The notes under the pieces are model-generated. The model was not told where the DNA came from. It did not search any database and saw only the letters and a program-made list of their open reading frames with translations. The position numbers and the translations under genes were made by a program. Shown piece after piece: positions 37,452 to 46,755 of a stretch of 64,000 nucleotides of DNA; the first letter of the stretch is position 1; every line of letters begins with the position of its first letter. Source of the DNA: Candidatus Woesearchaeota archaeon (lineage in GTDB: Archaea > Nanobdellota > Nanobdellia > Woesearchaeales > SM23-78); contig JAHWIP010000003.1 of the NCBI GenBank assembly GCA_019322375.1, positions 6,792 to 70,791 of the forward strand, given 5' to 3'.

Positions 37452-38285
37452 ATGAAGCTGATAAATGCTATTGGTGCCATTGTTTTAGGATTGTTTGTAT
37501 TAATTATACTAATCCTGATATTTGTTCCAAACACATTCAAAATTGTTAATAATATCTTTCTTATTATTGGCCAACAATTAGGCTTTAACCCAGCAGTTCC
37601 TGGAGGTGAAGACTATGGCTTTGGAGGGCTTTATGGAAGCACACCATCAACTATTCCAACTGATGCTGAGCCAGAGCGTATTAAAAAAGTCAAAACAAAG
37701 CCAGGCATTCCTGTTGATGAAAAATATTTTGGAGAGCTCTACTCTTATTCCAGGGAAGGAGCACTTGTTGACACCATTGTACTGCACCACACAGGGGATA
37801 ATAAAGCTTCGCAAACATTCAATACTCTGAAAAAAAGAGAGCTTTCAGTGCATTATGTTGTTGACAAGGACGGCACAATATATTACTTGATAGATGAGAG
37901 CACAAAAGGCGCTCATTGCGGTTGCTGCCCGCCAAGCAACCCGACTTGTTGCAAAGCAGGAGAAAACTGTCCTGTTTGCCTGAATGAAGAATTAAGAGAA
38001 ATGAATGCCAAATCAATAGGCATTGAAATTGTTAACACAGGATATGCAGATGATTACTACACTAATGAGCAATATGTTTCAATAGATAAACTGATAAATG
38101 ATATTGCAAGCAGATGGACTGCTATTGCTGTTGATAATGAGCATGTGCTTGGGCATTACCAGATTACACTGGGTAAGTGGGATCCTTCACCTGTTTTTAA
38201 ATGGGCAAGAATACAAGGATTGTCAGGCCACTTAATGCTTGCAGACATAGGAAAAAAAGCACCCTCTGAATACGGCTATACATGA
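37452..38285 (+). CDS. Membrane-anchored N-acetylmuramoyl-L-alanine amidase (Amidase_2 / T7-lysozyme / PGRP fold) with a Cys-rich insertion
   Basis: TIVLHHTGD (Zn His), SVHYVVDKDGTIYYLIDE...AHCG, NAKSIGIEIVNTG, VLGHYQITLGKWDPSP. These align with T7 lysozyme AIFVHCSAT / VGYHFIIKRDGTV / NHNSIGVCLVGG / AHHEVAPKACPSFD. A CCPPSNPTCCKAGENCPVC insert is present. N-terminal TM. Confidence 0.7.
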   Translation: MKLINAIGAIVLGLFVLIILILIFVPNTFKIVNNIFLIIGQQLGFNPAVPGGEDYGFGGLYGSTPSTIPTDAEPERIKKVKTKPGIPVDEKYFGELYSYSREGALVDTIVLHHTGDNKASQTFNTLKKRELSVHYVVDKDGTIYYLIDESTKGAHCGCCPPSNPTCCKAGENCPVCLNEELREMNAKSIGIEIVNTGYADDYYTNEQYVSIDKLINDIASRWTAIAVDNEHVLGHYQITLGKWDPSPVFKWARIQGLSGHLMLADIGKKAPSEYGYT

Positions 38286-38352
38286 GTTTGTGACAGAGCA
38301 TTAAAATACACTGAGACACATTAAAATAATAGCAAAGTTTATATACAAAGAT

Positions 38353-39081
38353 TTGCAAGAATTATATGAGATGAAACCCTTGTTTTCAAAGAATAAAAAA
38401 AAGAAAGGCTTGTCAACCCTTGGAACCATTATAGGACTAATACTTTTACTAGCAGTCCTGGCAATCTTTCTTCCGGTTATTCTTCGCGCAGGCAAAACAA
38501 CTGATGAAGTCCCCAAAGACATAATGGACCCTGTCAAGGCATGCCATGGAAAAGAGAGTGGTGAGGAATGTTATCTTGGCGGAATAGCTGGTTTTTGCAG
38601 GGATTTCAGGTGTGTTATAGAGACTTCAGCAAAAAACATGAAAGAATCAATAACTATTTTCAAGACAACTTTCAAGGACAGCATTGAGAATTGCCAGAAA
38701 GATGTAGCCCAGTGCCCTGAGGCAACAAAGGCTCTGGACTTAATGATTGGTTATTTCACAGATGCAGGGCTTGTTGTTCATAGATTAGCCTCAGACAGAG
38801 CAGAGTTCAGGCTATACCAGGAAAAAAACTTTTTAGGTATTGGAGGGCATAAAGCCTCTTTTGTTTTTTACGGCGATACTTGTGTAATAGAGAAGAAAGG
38901 GGATAATGATGTTCCTACATCGGGCAAAAACTTTAAGCTTGGGATCAAAAAAGAAAGCAAAGGTTTTGTAGTATATGACCTTGAAAAAACTGCTGCTGAA
39001 CTAGGCACTTTTATATCTTTCAGGCATCAAACCCAGAATGATGCAACCACCCCGGTCTGTGTTTATTACACTACAGATTAG
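38353..39081 (+). CDS. Pilin-like protein (KKKG|LSTLGTIIGLILLLAVLAIF)
   Basis: 242 aa; textbook class III signal peptide. Confidence 0.55.
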   Translation: MQELYEMKPLFSKNKKKKGLSTLGTIIGLILLLAVLAIFLPVILRAGKTTDEVPKDIMDPVKACHGKESGEECYLGGIAGFCRDFRCVIETSAKNMKESITIFKTTFKDSIENCQKDVAQCPEATKALDLMIGYFTDAGLVVHRLASDRAEFRLYQEKNFLGIGGHKASFVFYGDTCVIEKKGDNDVPTSGKNFKLGIKKESKGFVVYDLEKTAAELGTFISFRHQTQNDATTPVCVYYTTD

Positions 39082-39154
39082 CAATGCTAAAATAAATTTT
39101 ATTATCATAAAATATTTAATTATTAAAAAAAATTGATTGCAAAGGTGAACTATT

Positions 39155-39808
39155 TTGTTAACAAAATCAAGAAAAGGACTTTCCCTTTTAGGAATGCTTG
39201 GTGGTGTAATCATAGTAGTTGTACTGGTTATTGTTCTAATCAATATTTTCATTAACAGAGGAGCCAAGCCTCTGGAGAACATCACTGGAGAGATAATTAC
39301 CTGCGGAGGACTTGCAGGTGTTATTGGCGGGGGAGAAGGGGTTTGTATAAGCAAAAGCACTCTTTGCGACGGCCCAAAGCTTCCTAATCCTGAGTGCAAG
39401 GCTAGCAATCCTGACAAGCCTTATTGCTGTTTTAAACAAGCAGAGGGTGCTGAAGGCCCTCCTGGTTCTGGCCCGACGGCTTGTGTTAAGGATGTTGACC
39501 CCTGGGAACCTGTAATTGTTGAAGACGATTATGTTTGCGCTTCTAGTAAGGAGGCGTGCGAGCAGACTATGAATTTTGTTAATGTTCTGAATGAATGTGC
39601 TCAATTTAGTGAAGGTTGTGAATGCAAGGATGAAGTAGAAGGAATTGAGCACCCTTGTGAAGGCAATCTTAAATGGGCTCTTTTTGGCCTTGATAAATCT
39701 GAGCCTAAACATGAAGTTGTTATGAAATGCTATCCTGCTGTTAAGGAATGCGAGGATTCAAATGAATGTGAGCGTTGTGTTCCAAACCATTTTGAATGTG
39801 CAGAATAA
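39155..39808 (+). CDS. Pilin-like Cys-rich protein (SRKG|LSLLGMLGGVIIVVVLVIVL)
   Basis: 217 aa; ~20 Cys in the ectodomain. Confidence 0.55.
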   Translation: MLTKSRKGLSLLGMLGGVIIVVVLVIVLINIFINRGAKPLENITGEIITCGGLAGVIGGGEGVCISKSTLCDGPKLPNPECKASNPDKPYCCFKQAEGAEGPPGSGPTACVKDVDPWEPVIVEDDYVCASSKEACEQTMNFVNVLNECAQFSEGCECKDEVEGIEHPCEGNLKWALFGLDKSEPKHEVVMKCYPAVKECEDSNECERCVPNHFECAE

Positions 39809-39872
39809 TAACTCTGTTAATTCTTCCCCACCGAAACAAATTTATACTTATTAAGCAAGTTTCTTATGTATT

Positions 39873-41027
39873 ATGGCTTGGATGAATAAAAAAGGCGGTG
39901 AAAGACAGATTGGACTTAGCGAACTTACGCTTTATGTGTTTGTCATTCTGCTTATAGTTGTCTTATTTATTGTTAGCTATAGGTTTATCGGAGCTTTTCT
40001 CAGAGGAGGAGTTGATAAAGACACTGAGTCTAATTTTGTGTCACTGGCAGAGAACCTTGAGTTAATGATTGAGAAAGACGCAGGGTTTGAATACCAGACC
40101 ATGATTTTTTATATGAAAGAAAAGCATTTTGTGTTTGGCTTTACATCCAAGCAGGCTCTTTCCTCTTCTCCAGCAAAGCATTTTATGCCTGAGAAATGCA
40201 ATGAGCACTCATGCCTTTGCCTGTATAAAGAACCTGATGATGTAGCAGATGACAAGCCTGTCAAGTGCATATCTTTTGGGCACAAGGTTATTTTTCATGG
40301 CTATGACTTAAAAAAAGTGTCTGCTGCTCAGCTGGTTTATCCTGACCTAGGAGCAGAGCTGGGTGCGCGTGAGCAAGGAGAATCTTATTATTTATCTGAT
40401 TATCCTGAAACTATTTCTTTTTATATAGAAGGCTTGTTTATTGGCCCTTCACTAGACAATCCTCATGACCTTTACCTGGAAAAAATAGTTGCTAATAACA
40501 GGGTGCATGTTTTTGTGACTCCTGGCCTTAAGCAGGAAATGATAGAGACAAGGATTGAACTGTTATCTCCCTGCCCTTTTGATTCTGATGAAGAATGCAT
40601 GGGCAAGAGAAGAAACTCTGTTCTGGGCAGTAATGATTATTGTTTTTATGATGAGAGCCAGGCTAAGTGCTTGTTAAAAAAAGATGTGGATGCCTGTTCT
40701 TTCTCAGACAGAATTACACAGCCCTGTCTTTGCGGCTCTACATTTATAGACCCAGACACCAGGACAGAAGAAACCTATTGTTATCAAAAATCTGATAAAA
40801 GGATTTTTGTCCTTCCATTTGACTGCGATTCAGAGGAATTAAGAGAAAAAAAATGCCTTGCTTACTGCAGGGCAATCACTGATACAGAGGACTGCGACAC
40901 AAGAGAACAGGATTACTGTGATAAAGACCCTTGCGAGTTTGCTTCTAAAGAAAAGCCGTGCGAAGTGCGCCCATTAGGCAAAAAAACTTATTGTGCTTCT
41001 TACTCAAGGGATTACAGCATGGATTAA
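39873..41027 (+). CDS. Pilin-like Cys-rich protein (G|LSELTLYVFVILLIVVLFIV; Glu at +3)
   Basis: 384 aa; many Cys in the C-terminal half. Confidence 0.55.
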   Translation: MAWMNKKGGERQIGLSELTLYVFVILLIVVLFIVSYRFIGAFLRGGVDKDTESNFVSLAENLELMIEKDAGFEYQTMIFYMKEKHFVFGFTSKQALSSSPAKHFMPEKCNEHSCLCLYKEPDDVADDKPVKCISFGHKVIFHGYDLKKVSAAQLVYPDLGAELGAREQGESYYLSDYPETISFYIEGLFIGPSLDNPHDLYLEKIVANNRVHVFVTPGLKQEMIETRIELLSPCPFDSDEECMGKRRNSVLGSNDYCFYDESQAKCLLKKDVDACSFSDRITQPCLCGSTFIDPDTRTEETYCYQKSDKRIFVLPFDCDSEELREKKCLAYCRAITDTEDCDTREQDYCDKDPCEFASKEKPCEVRPLGKKTYCASYSRDYSMD

Positions 41028-41113
41028 TAATAGTTGCTTGGATTAATAATAATTATTAGTAATTGTTCTAAAAACCTAAATCTTTTTAAACTCGTTTATC
41101 AACAATTTAAGTT

Positions 41114-41596
41114 ATGAGTTTTTATGATTTTAATAACAAGAAAGCCAGGAGCATGATTGCAACTTCTTTTTATGTATTATTTGGCTTGATGCTGGGAGCC
41201 TTTTTTGTGATAGCTGTTCTTGGAAGAGTTAAGGATGCTGTTGGTGATTCTGCTTATCATAAAAAGTTTTATTCCAGGGACCTGGCCTTGCTTGTTGATG
41301 CCTTGCATGCCAGCAATGGAAAGTTTGTTGTTGATTATGATGTTAATCTTCCAGACAACATGCTCCTGGACTTTGGTCTTGAGCCTGGAGCAGTCATCTT
41401 AACAGACCGCTCTGACACACTCATGGATAACAGGCATAAAACTGCTTTTTTGTTTGGGCATAATGATTATGTAAAAATAATTCCTGTCACAATTGACAAG
41501 AACATGCTTAAATTGTTAGTGGTGGCTGATAACAACACCATTACATTTGAAGAGAAAGGGATGGATGATTTAAGTACAAATGATAAAGAGGAGTGA
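41114..41596 (+). CDS. Pilin-like membrane-anchored protein
   Basis: 160 aa; KKARSMIATSFYVLFGLMLGAFFVIAVLG. Confidence 0.45.
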   Translation: MSFYDFNNKKARSMIATSFYVLFGLMLGAFFVIAVLGRVKDAVGDSAYHKKFYSRDLALLVDALHASNGKFVVDYDVNLPDNMLLDFGLEPGAVILTDRSDTLMDNRHKTAFLFGHNDYVKIIPVTIDKNMLKLLVVADNNTITFEEKGMDDLSTNDKEE

Positions 41597-41629
41597 TTTA
41601 AGTATAAATGATTTAAGCAAAGAATAAGG

Positions 41630-42169
41630 ATGAGAATAATAAAAAAGAGGCTGAGCCTGAATAACAAAAAGGGGTTGGGAACTGAGGAGTGGCTTGAACT
41701 TCTGCCTTACATAGTGTTAACAGTGGTTGTAATGGTGGCTATTTTTGCCCTGATAAACCTTTTTGTTAATATTTCTGTTGATGTTAAGCCTGTTCAAAGG
41801 GAAGTTCTTTTCTACAGGCTGATGTATGCTCCTAACTCAATTATGTATATGGATAATCTTACTGGCAGGGTTCACCCTGGTGTTATTAGCTGGGATAATT
41901 TTACCAACCAGACCCTTGACAAATCTATTGCTTATGATTATGAAAGGCATATATCTGCAAAATTGATATTATATAACCTGGAAAAAGAGCCAATCAAAAC
42001 AGCTTATCTTAATGGGCTGTGGTTTAACCGCTTAGAGCCTTTGGCCAGGAGCAGGATTAAGGGTGCAGGCAGTGCAGAGCTCTACACCAAGAAAATCCCT
42101 GTTGTTTACAGGAGAAATGATGTGAACAGGGCAGGCTATCTTAAAGTTGAGATTATCATTCCAAACTAA
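41630..42169 (+). CDS. Pilin-like protein (KKG|LGTEEWLELLPYIVLTVVVMVAIFALINL; Glu at +4/+5)
   Basis: 179 aa; class III signal plus Glu5, like bacterial T4 pilins. Confidence 0.55.
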   Translation: MRIIKKRLSLNNKKGLGTEEWLELLPYIVLTVVVMVAIFALINLFVNISVDVKPVQREVLFYRLMYAPNSIMYMDNLTGRVHPGVISWDNFTNQTLDKSIAYDYERHISAKLILYNLEKEPIKTAYLNGLWFNRLEPLARSRIKGAGSAELYTKKIPVVYRRNDVNRAGYLKVEIIIPN

Positions 42170-42184
42170 CAGCGAGTGATTTGA

Positions 42185-42853
42185 ATGAGCAGTTTGATTA
42201 ATTCAAGAAAAGGCATGAAAACCATTGTGACAATATTATCAGTTGTCTTGTTAGTATTCATATTCATAATATTTATTTTTCTTTTCAGGCTTGGCGCCAG
42301 GAACAAGGCAGAAAGCATAGAATCAGATTTTTCCTCTGTAAGAACAGAGTTTTTGCTTAAAACCTTTTTAAGAACACCAGCTGTTATTAGTGATGATTAC
42401 CCTGTTGAAGACTTGTTCCCTGGCATAGGAGAAGGCATTACCAATGCAGACCTGGTATCATGGACATGTAGTAAGGATAAAGACAGGAATTACAAGACCT
42501 TGAAAAACTCAATAAACACTTTTTTTGATGAGGCATATGAAGATGACTGGGAAGCATGGATAATCTATTCTAATCCTAAAGTAAAAAAGAAGGGCTTTGG
42601 GCACAAGAGTTATCTTGAAGGGATTGAGAAAAGCATAAACCGCTTGCTAACAGCAGGACAGCTGGCTTTGCTAGCAGCCAAATCATCAGACCCAGCCAGC
42701 AGGGGATTAATCTTCAAGCTTTTTATAACTCCTTATCGTGAAGCAGGCTTTGGCTCCCAGGTGGTTCCTTGCCCAGACGGAGAACTAGCCCAGATAATGC
42801 TTTACTCCCACACAGCATTTATTGAAATAAAACACCTGAAAGGCTTAACATAA
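42185..42853 (+). CDS. Pilin-like protein (SRKG|MKTIVTILSVVLLVFIFIIFIF)
   Basis: 222 aa. Confidence 0.5.
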   Translation: MSSLINSRKGMKTIVTILSVVLLVFIFIIFIFLFRLGARNKAESIESDFSSVRTEFLLKTFLRTPAVISDDYPVEDLFPGIGEGITNADLVSWTCSKDKDRNYKTLKNSINTFFDEAYEDDWEAWIIYSNPKVKKKGFGHKSYLEGIEKSINRLLTAGQLALLAAKSSDPASRGLIFKLFITPYREAGFGSQVVPCPDGELAQIMLYSHTAFIEIKHLKGLT

Positions 42854-42865
42854 GATAAAATAAAA

Positions 42866-45800
42866 ATGGATAAAGTAAAACTGAGATTAAAAAACAGAAA
42901 AGCACAGGTTTACCCGCTTTTTGTAGTGGTCTTTACAATAGTGGCCTTGACAACAGCCCTTATTGGCTTGAGCAATGCAAAAGAGGTTACTGATTTATCT
43001 GGCAGGGAAATGCTTATCGGCACCAAGCAATCAGCTGTTTTTGCATCTCTTCAAGACGCAGATGCTGTTAGTTTATTCATAGAGCAGGCAGCAGAATTTG
43101 CAGGCCAGCAAGCCCTGGATAAAATAAGAAAATCATGCTTTTTTGGAGTTGATGAGGAACAAGAAGTTGATGAGTGGGAGTCTCCATGCGGCAAGTTTGT
43201 TTATCCTCTTTGGAGCACTAATGAAAATCTTTGCCTTCCTGATTGTGAAACAGCTTTTGTCAATGCCTTTAACAAGGATTTTTTAAGCCGAACAAACAAG
43301 TATTATGAGTTCACAAACATAGAGCTGCCTATTTCTTATAACATGAGCCTGGAAATACATGACAATCATTTTTTTGTTCATGGAACCTCTGACACAGAAC
43401 TAAGGATTAATGTGGTTGATATTCAGAGCAGGATTAAGTCTCCCCTGGCAATAGCCCAGACTTATGAGGAAGGCAGGCTTATCTGGCCTGTTGATTACTC
43501 TGACCACACAATCACCTCTTGCTTTGGTGAAAGAGATGTTGTTGGGGGGAGCAAATACCATCCTGCTGTTGATATCCGGGCTCCAAAAGGAACACCAGTG
43601 CTGGCAGCTGCTTTAGGAAAAGTGATTCTTACTGACCCTTGCTGGGGAAGAATTGTTATTAATCATGGCTCTGGCTTAAGCACAGAGTATCTTCACTTGG
43701 AAAAAATTGATGTTAAGGTTAATGATGATGTGGTGCAGGGACAAAGAATAGGAACTTCTGGCAGCAATGGCTGTGACACAAGAGAGTTTGTTCCGCACCT
43801 GCATTTTGGGGTTATATATCAAGGTGTTCAGTCACCCATGCATTATAAAGGGCAGGAAATAGTTTTGAGCAACAACCATATCCAGCCCATGTGCTTGATT
43901 GAAAAAGGGTATGCTGCTAAGCCAGAAAGCAACTGCAACCAGCTTGTGAACACAGACTTAGACAAGATTTGTGAATTGTATAATCTGCCAGAAGAATTTT
44001 TTGAATCATCAGAATCATCAAAGCCATCAGAGCCATCAGAACCAGACCAAGACACTTCTTCTGAAGAAAGTGCTGATGCAGAGAATGCTGGTGCAGAAAG
44101 TGTTAATGCAGAAAGCACTGAGCTGGATTATTCTCTGGCACAGGCTCCTGGCAGCTATGCTTTTAAACCATCTTTTACCTTGAGGGTTAACAAGAAAATA
44201 GAAAACCCTATTGAGCCAGTAACAGAGTGGTTTGAGAACACCTGGAACGAGTGCGAGGATGACCCTTGGAAATGTTTAAGAGAAAAAATGAGTGAGTTTA
44301 ATGAGCAGGACTATGATTACAAGCTCATGTTTGCTGACAGGTGCGAGGAAGGCTATCACTTGTTCTATGACATACTGGAGTTTTTTGAGGACTGCTTTTC
44401 AAACCAGAAGTATGGGTGCTCATGCGAGTTTAATTTATCAGATGCTTTTTCAATAACTGACTTGCGAATAGTTTTTGACACACAAGCAAACACAGCCTCT
44501 CTTTTTTCCAAGCAGGGAGATAAGCCTGGTGATGAATATGAATTAATTGATTCATACCAGTTCTATTATGGAAGCATAACCAAGCCAGCCCCTGCTTCTC
44601 CTTATAGGTATTATGTGTATCAGCTTGATTATGATGATTATGGGGAGCTGGAAAATGCAGAGCTTATGCAAATGAAGTCATTGCTTGATGTATTTGATGT
44701 TGTGCCTTTTTTTGATTACAAAGAACTAAGACTGGCAAAGCCAGGAGAGGCTGAGCAAGGATATTTTGTGAACACAGAAACAATTCAGTGCAAGTACAAG
44801 AAGAACAAGTTCAGGCTGTGTGCAAAGCCAGCACAGGAAAGAGAAGACTTGTTCCCTATAAGGTTTGCTTTTCACTTAAAAGACAAGCCTCCTGAGCCTG
44901 TTAAAAAAGGAGATGTGGAAATTATAGAGGTGGAGGAGAGTTCTGAGTCAGATGTTGACAAGGTAATGCAGGCAGCAGGCTTTCTAGGAACCATATTCCC
45001 TCCTCTAGGCTACTTGTTCACAGCAATTAATATTCTCAGTGTGTTGGAAGACTTTAAACCAAGAAAGTTCGAGGTAATAGTTGATGTTCCTCTTGACAAG
45101 GATGGCAAACCCCTGGATGTTGCTGGCTATGAAGTTTATTGCAGTGATTACCTGACAAACATCCTGCCAGTGGATGTTTTGGATAAATATAATCCAAGTC
45201 ATTTTGTTGTGATGGCTAATGATGAGATGAATAAAAAAGTAAGCCAGCTAGACCAGTATGTTAAGAAGAACCCTTACACAGACTTTCTGAATCTTGAGAG
45301 CTGTGATGTGCCTGTGAGCAAGTTCACAGGAGAAACCATTCTTGTGCCTGGAATCAAAGGGGTTGTTAAGGACGGTAAAATGGTTTTCAACCTTCATAAA
45401 TGCGGGGACTTGGCAATAATTATAGATAAACTAATAAGAAAAGACTACTGTGTATCACTAATACCTGTTGACAAGAATGGCAACAAGATAATGGAGCATG
45501 CTGTGAGCAACTGCGCGCAAACCAATTCACTGCTTGACCTGGTTATTAGTGAGATGATAGAGGAACAGCTAGGAGAATTTATTCCTGCAAGCCTTATACC
45601 TGATAATTTAAAGCCTTATATCAAGCTGCCTGACACAAGCGATATTGTTAATGCAGTAACAGGGGAAGGCAGTTTTGACATGATAGACATTGTTAATCTT
45701 GACAAGCTGGACGCAGACATAAAAAATTATCTTGAGGAATTCGTGGTTGGAACTATTAATGAAGACATAATAGGCACTTCTGTTGTTAATTCTATTGATG

Positions 45801-46639
45801 ACTTAAAGCTCTGGGAAAAACAAACAGTGCTTAACACCCTGTCAAACCAGATAAAAAATGATGATGCAAAAACCTTGTTTGATGCCTTTGTAACAGGAGA
45901 AGGTGTTGCTGAGTCTGCCAAGCGCATGGCTTATGAAAAAGGAGTAGGATATATAGACCAGACAAAAACACCTGAGATACTTAAGGAGATAGCCAAAGGA
46001 GAAGACCCTAAAAGCCTTGCATACCAGGAACTGGTAAAAGCAGCTGAGAAAGAGCTCAGCACTGACGAGAAAAAACAGGCTCTGCTGGAGATAGCCAGGA
46101 GCAGCAGTGGAAGAGAGGTAAAAGATAAGATAATAGAAAAAGCCCTTGAAAAAGGATGCGGCGAGTCATATGGAATAAGTGCAGAGCAGGCAATCAACTG
46201 CCTTGACAATGAAGAGGTAGAAAATATTTATCACAAAGTTCTGACAGACTACAGCACACCAGACAAGGTAAAACAGTTTTTGCTTGACAAGGCAATTGAC
46301 AAGTTTGATGAAAAAACACCAGACGTGCTAAAAGAGATTGTTCTGAAAAGAGACTTTAAAGGAGCAGCAAAGGACATGCTTGAGAAAGAGCTTGACAAGC
46401 TTCCAGACGCTGTTAAGAAAGAGTTTATTACTGATATACTTGAAGGCAGGCTTCCAGATGTTGAGTACTTGCAGCAGGAACTAGTGAAAATGATACCAGC
46501 AGTAAACAATGAATATGTGAATGCCCTGCTAAAAGACGGCAATGTTAAAAACCTGATAGAATCAACCCTTAAATCAGAGATAGAAAAACAACTAGGCTCA
46601 TTCTTCTCAGATGAATGCGTGGCAATTAATAAGGATTGA
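42866..46639 (+). CDS. Giant (1257-aa) pilin-like protein carrying a LytM/M23 metallo-endopeptidase domain
   Basis: N-terminus NRKAQVYPLFVVVFTIVALTTALIGL. M23 motifs HPAVDIRAPKGTPVLAAALGKVIL...IVINHGSGLSTEYLHL...GQRIGTSGSNG...PHLHFGVIY (HxxxD ... HxH). S/E-rich linker repeats at ~43990-44110; long alpha-helical K/E-rich C-terminal region. Confidence 0.75.
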   Translation: MDKVKLRLKNRKAQVYPLFVVVFTIVALTTALIGLSNAKEVTDLSGREMLIGTKQSAVFASLQDADAVSLFIEQAAEFAGQQALDKIRKSCFFGVDEEQEVDEWESPCGKFVYPLWSTNENLCLPDCETAFVNAFNKDFLSRTNKYYEFTNIELPISYNMSLEIHDNHFFVHGTSDTELRINVVDIQSRIKSPLAIAQTYEEGRLIWPVDYSDHTITSCFGERDVVGGSKYHPAVDIRAPKGTPVLAAALGKVILTDPCWGRIVINHGSGLSTEYLHLEKIDVKVNDDVVQGQRIGTSGSNGCDTREFVPHLHFGVIYQGVQSPMHYKGQEIVLSNNHIQPMCLIEKGYAAKPESNCNQLVNTDLDKICELYNLPEEFFESSESSKPSEPSEPDQDTSSEESADAENAGAESVNAESTELDYSLAQAPGSYAFKPSFTLRVNKKIENPIEPVTEWFENTWNECEDDPWKCLREKMSEFNEQDYDYKLMFADRCEEGYHLFYDILEFFEDCFSNQKYGCSCEFNLSDAFSITDLRIVFDTQANTASLFSKQGDKPGDEYELIDSYQFYYGSITKPAPASPYRYYVYQLDYDDYGELENAELMQMKSLLDVFDVVPFFDYKELRLAKPGEAEQGYFVNTETIQCKYKKNKFRLCAKPAQEREDLFPIRFAFHLKDKPPEPVKKGDVEIIEVEESSESDVDKVMQAAGFLGTIFPPLGYLFTAINILSVLEDFKPRKFEVIVDVPLDKDGKPLDVAGYEVYCSDYLTNILPVDVLDKYNPSHFVVMANDEMNKKVSQLDQYVKKNPYTDFLNLESCDVPVSKFTGETILVPGIKGVVKDGKMVFNLHKCGDLAIIIDKLIRKDYCVSLIPVDKNGNKIMEHAVSNCAQTNSLLDLVISEMIEEQLGEFIPASLIPDNLKPYIKLPDTSDIVNAVTGEGSFDMIDIVNLDKLDADIKNYLEEFVVGTINEDIIGTSVVNSIDDLKLWEKQTVLNTLSNQIKNDDAKTLFDAFVTGEGVAESAKRMAYEKGVGYIDQTKTPEILKEIAKGEDPKSLAYQELVKAAEKELSTDEKKQALLEIARSSSGREVKDKIIEKALEKGCGESYGISAEQAINCLDNEEVENIYHKVLTDYSTPDKVKQFLLDKAIDKFDEKTPDVLKEIVLKRDFKGAAKDMLEKELDKLPDAVKKEFITDILEGRLPDVEYLQQELVKMIPAVNNEYVNALLKDGNVKNLIESTLKSEIEKQLGSFFSDECVAINKD

Positions 46640-46755
46640 TAAAGCTAATTCTTGCAACAAAAAGCCCATCCTGTGAATTATCCGGCTCTACTATGGAAAA
46701 GTTTTTAAAAAACCCCTCAGTTGTTCTTTTGAAAGAGTTATTAGGGTGGTATTTA

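Noticed and set aside
43990-44110. Short tandem repeats (CCATCAGAG/CCATCAGAA and ~15-nt GCAGARARTG units), and the similar repeats at 63486-63590, considered as a CRISPR or satellite array
   Set aside because: They are in-frame coding repeats encoding S/E/P and EEEPV linkers. There are no regularly spaced identical repeats with unique spacers and no cas genes. No CRISPR array was found anywhere in the window.
43843-46542. Minus-strand S-rich ORFs (43843-44118, 45931-46209, 46249-46542) within the M23 giant gene
   Set aside because: They are antisense translations of E/K-rich coding sequence (Ser/Leu/Phe-rich) nested in a 3.8-kb ORF with a recognisable domain.
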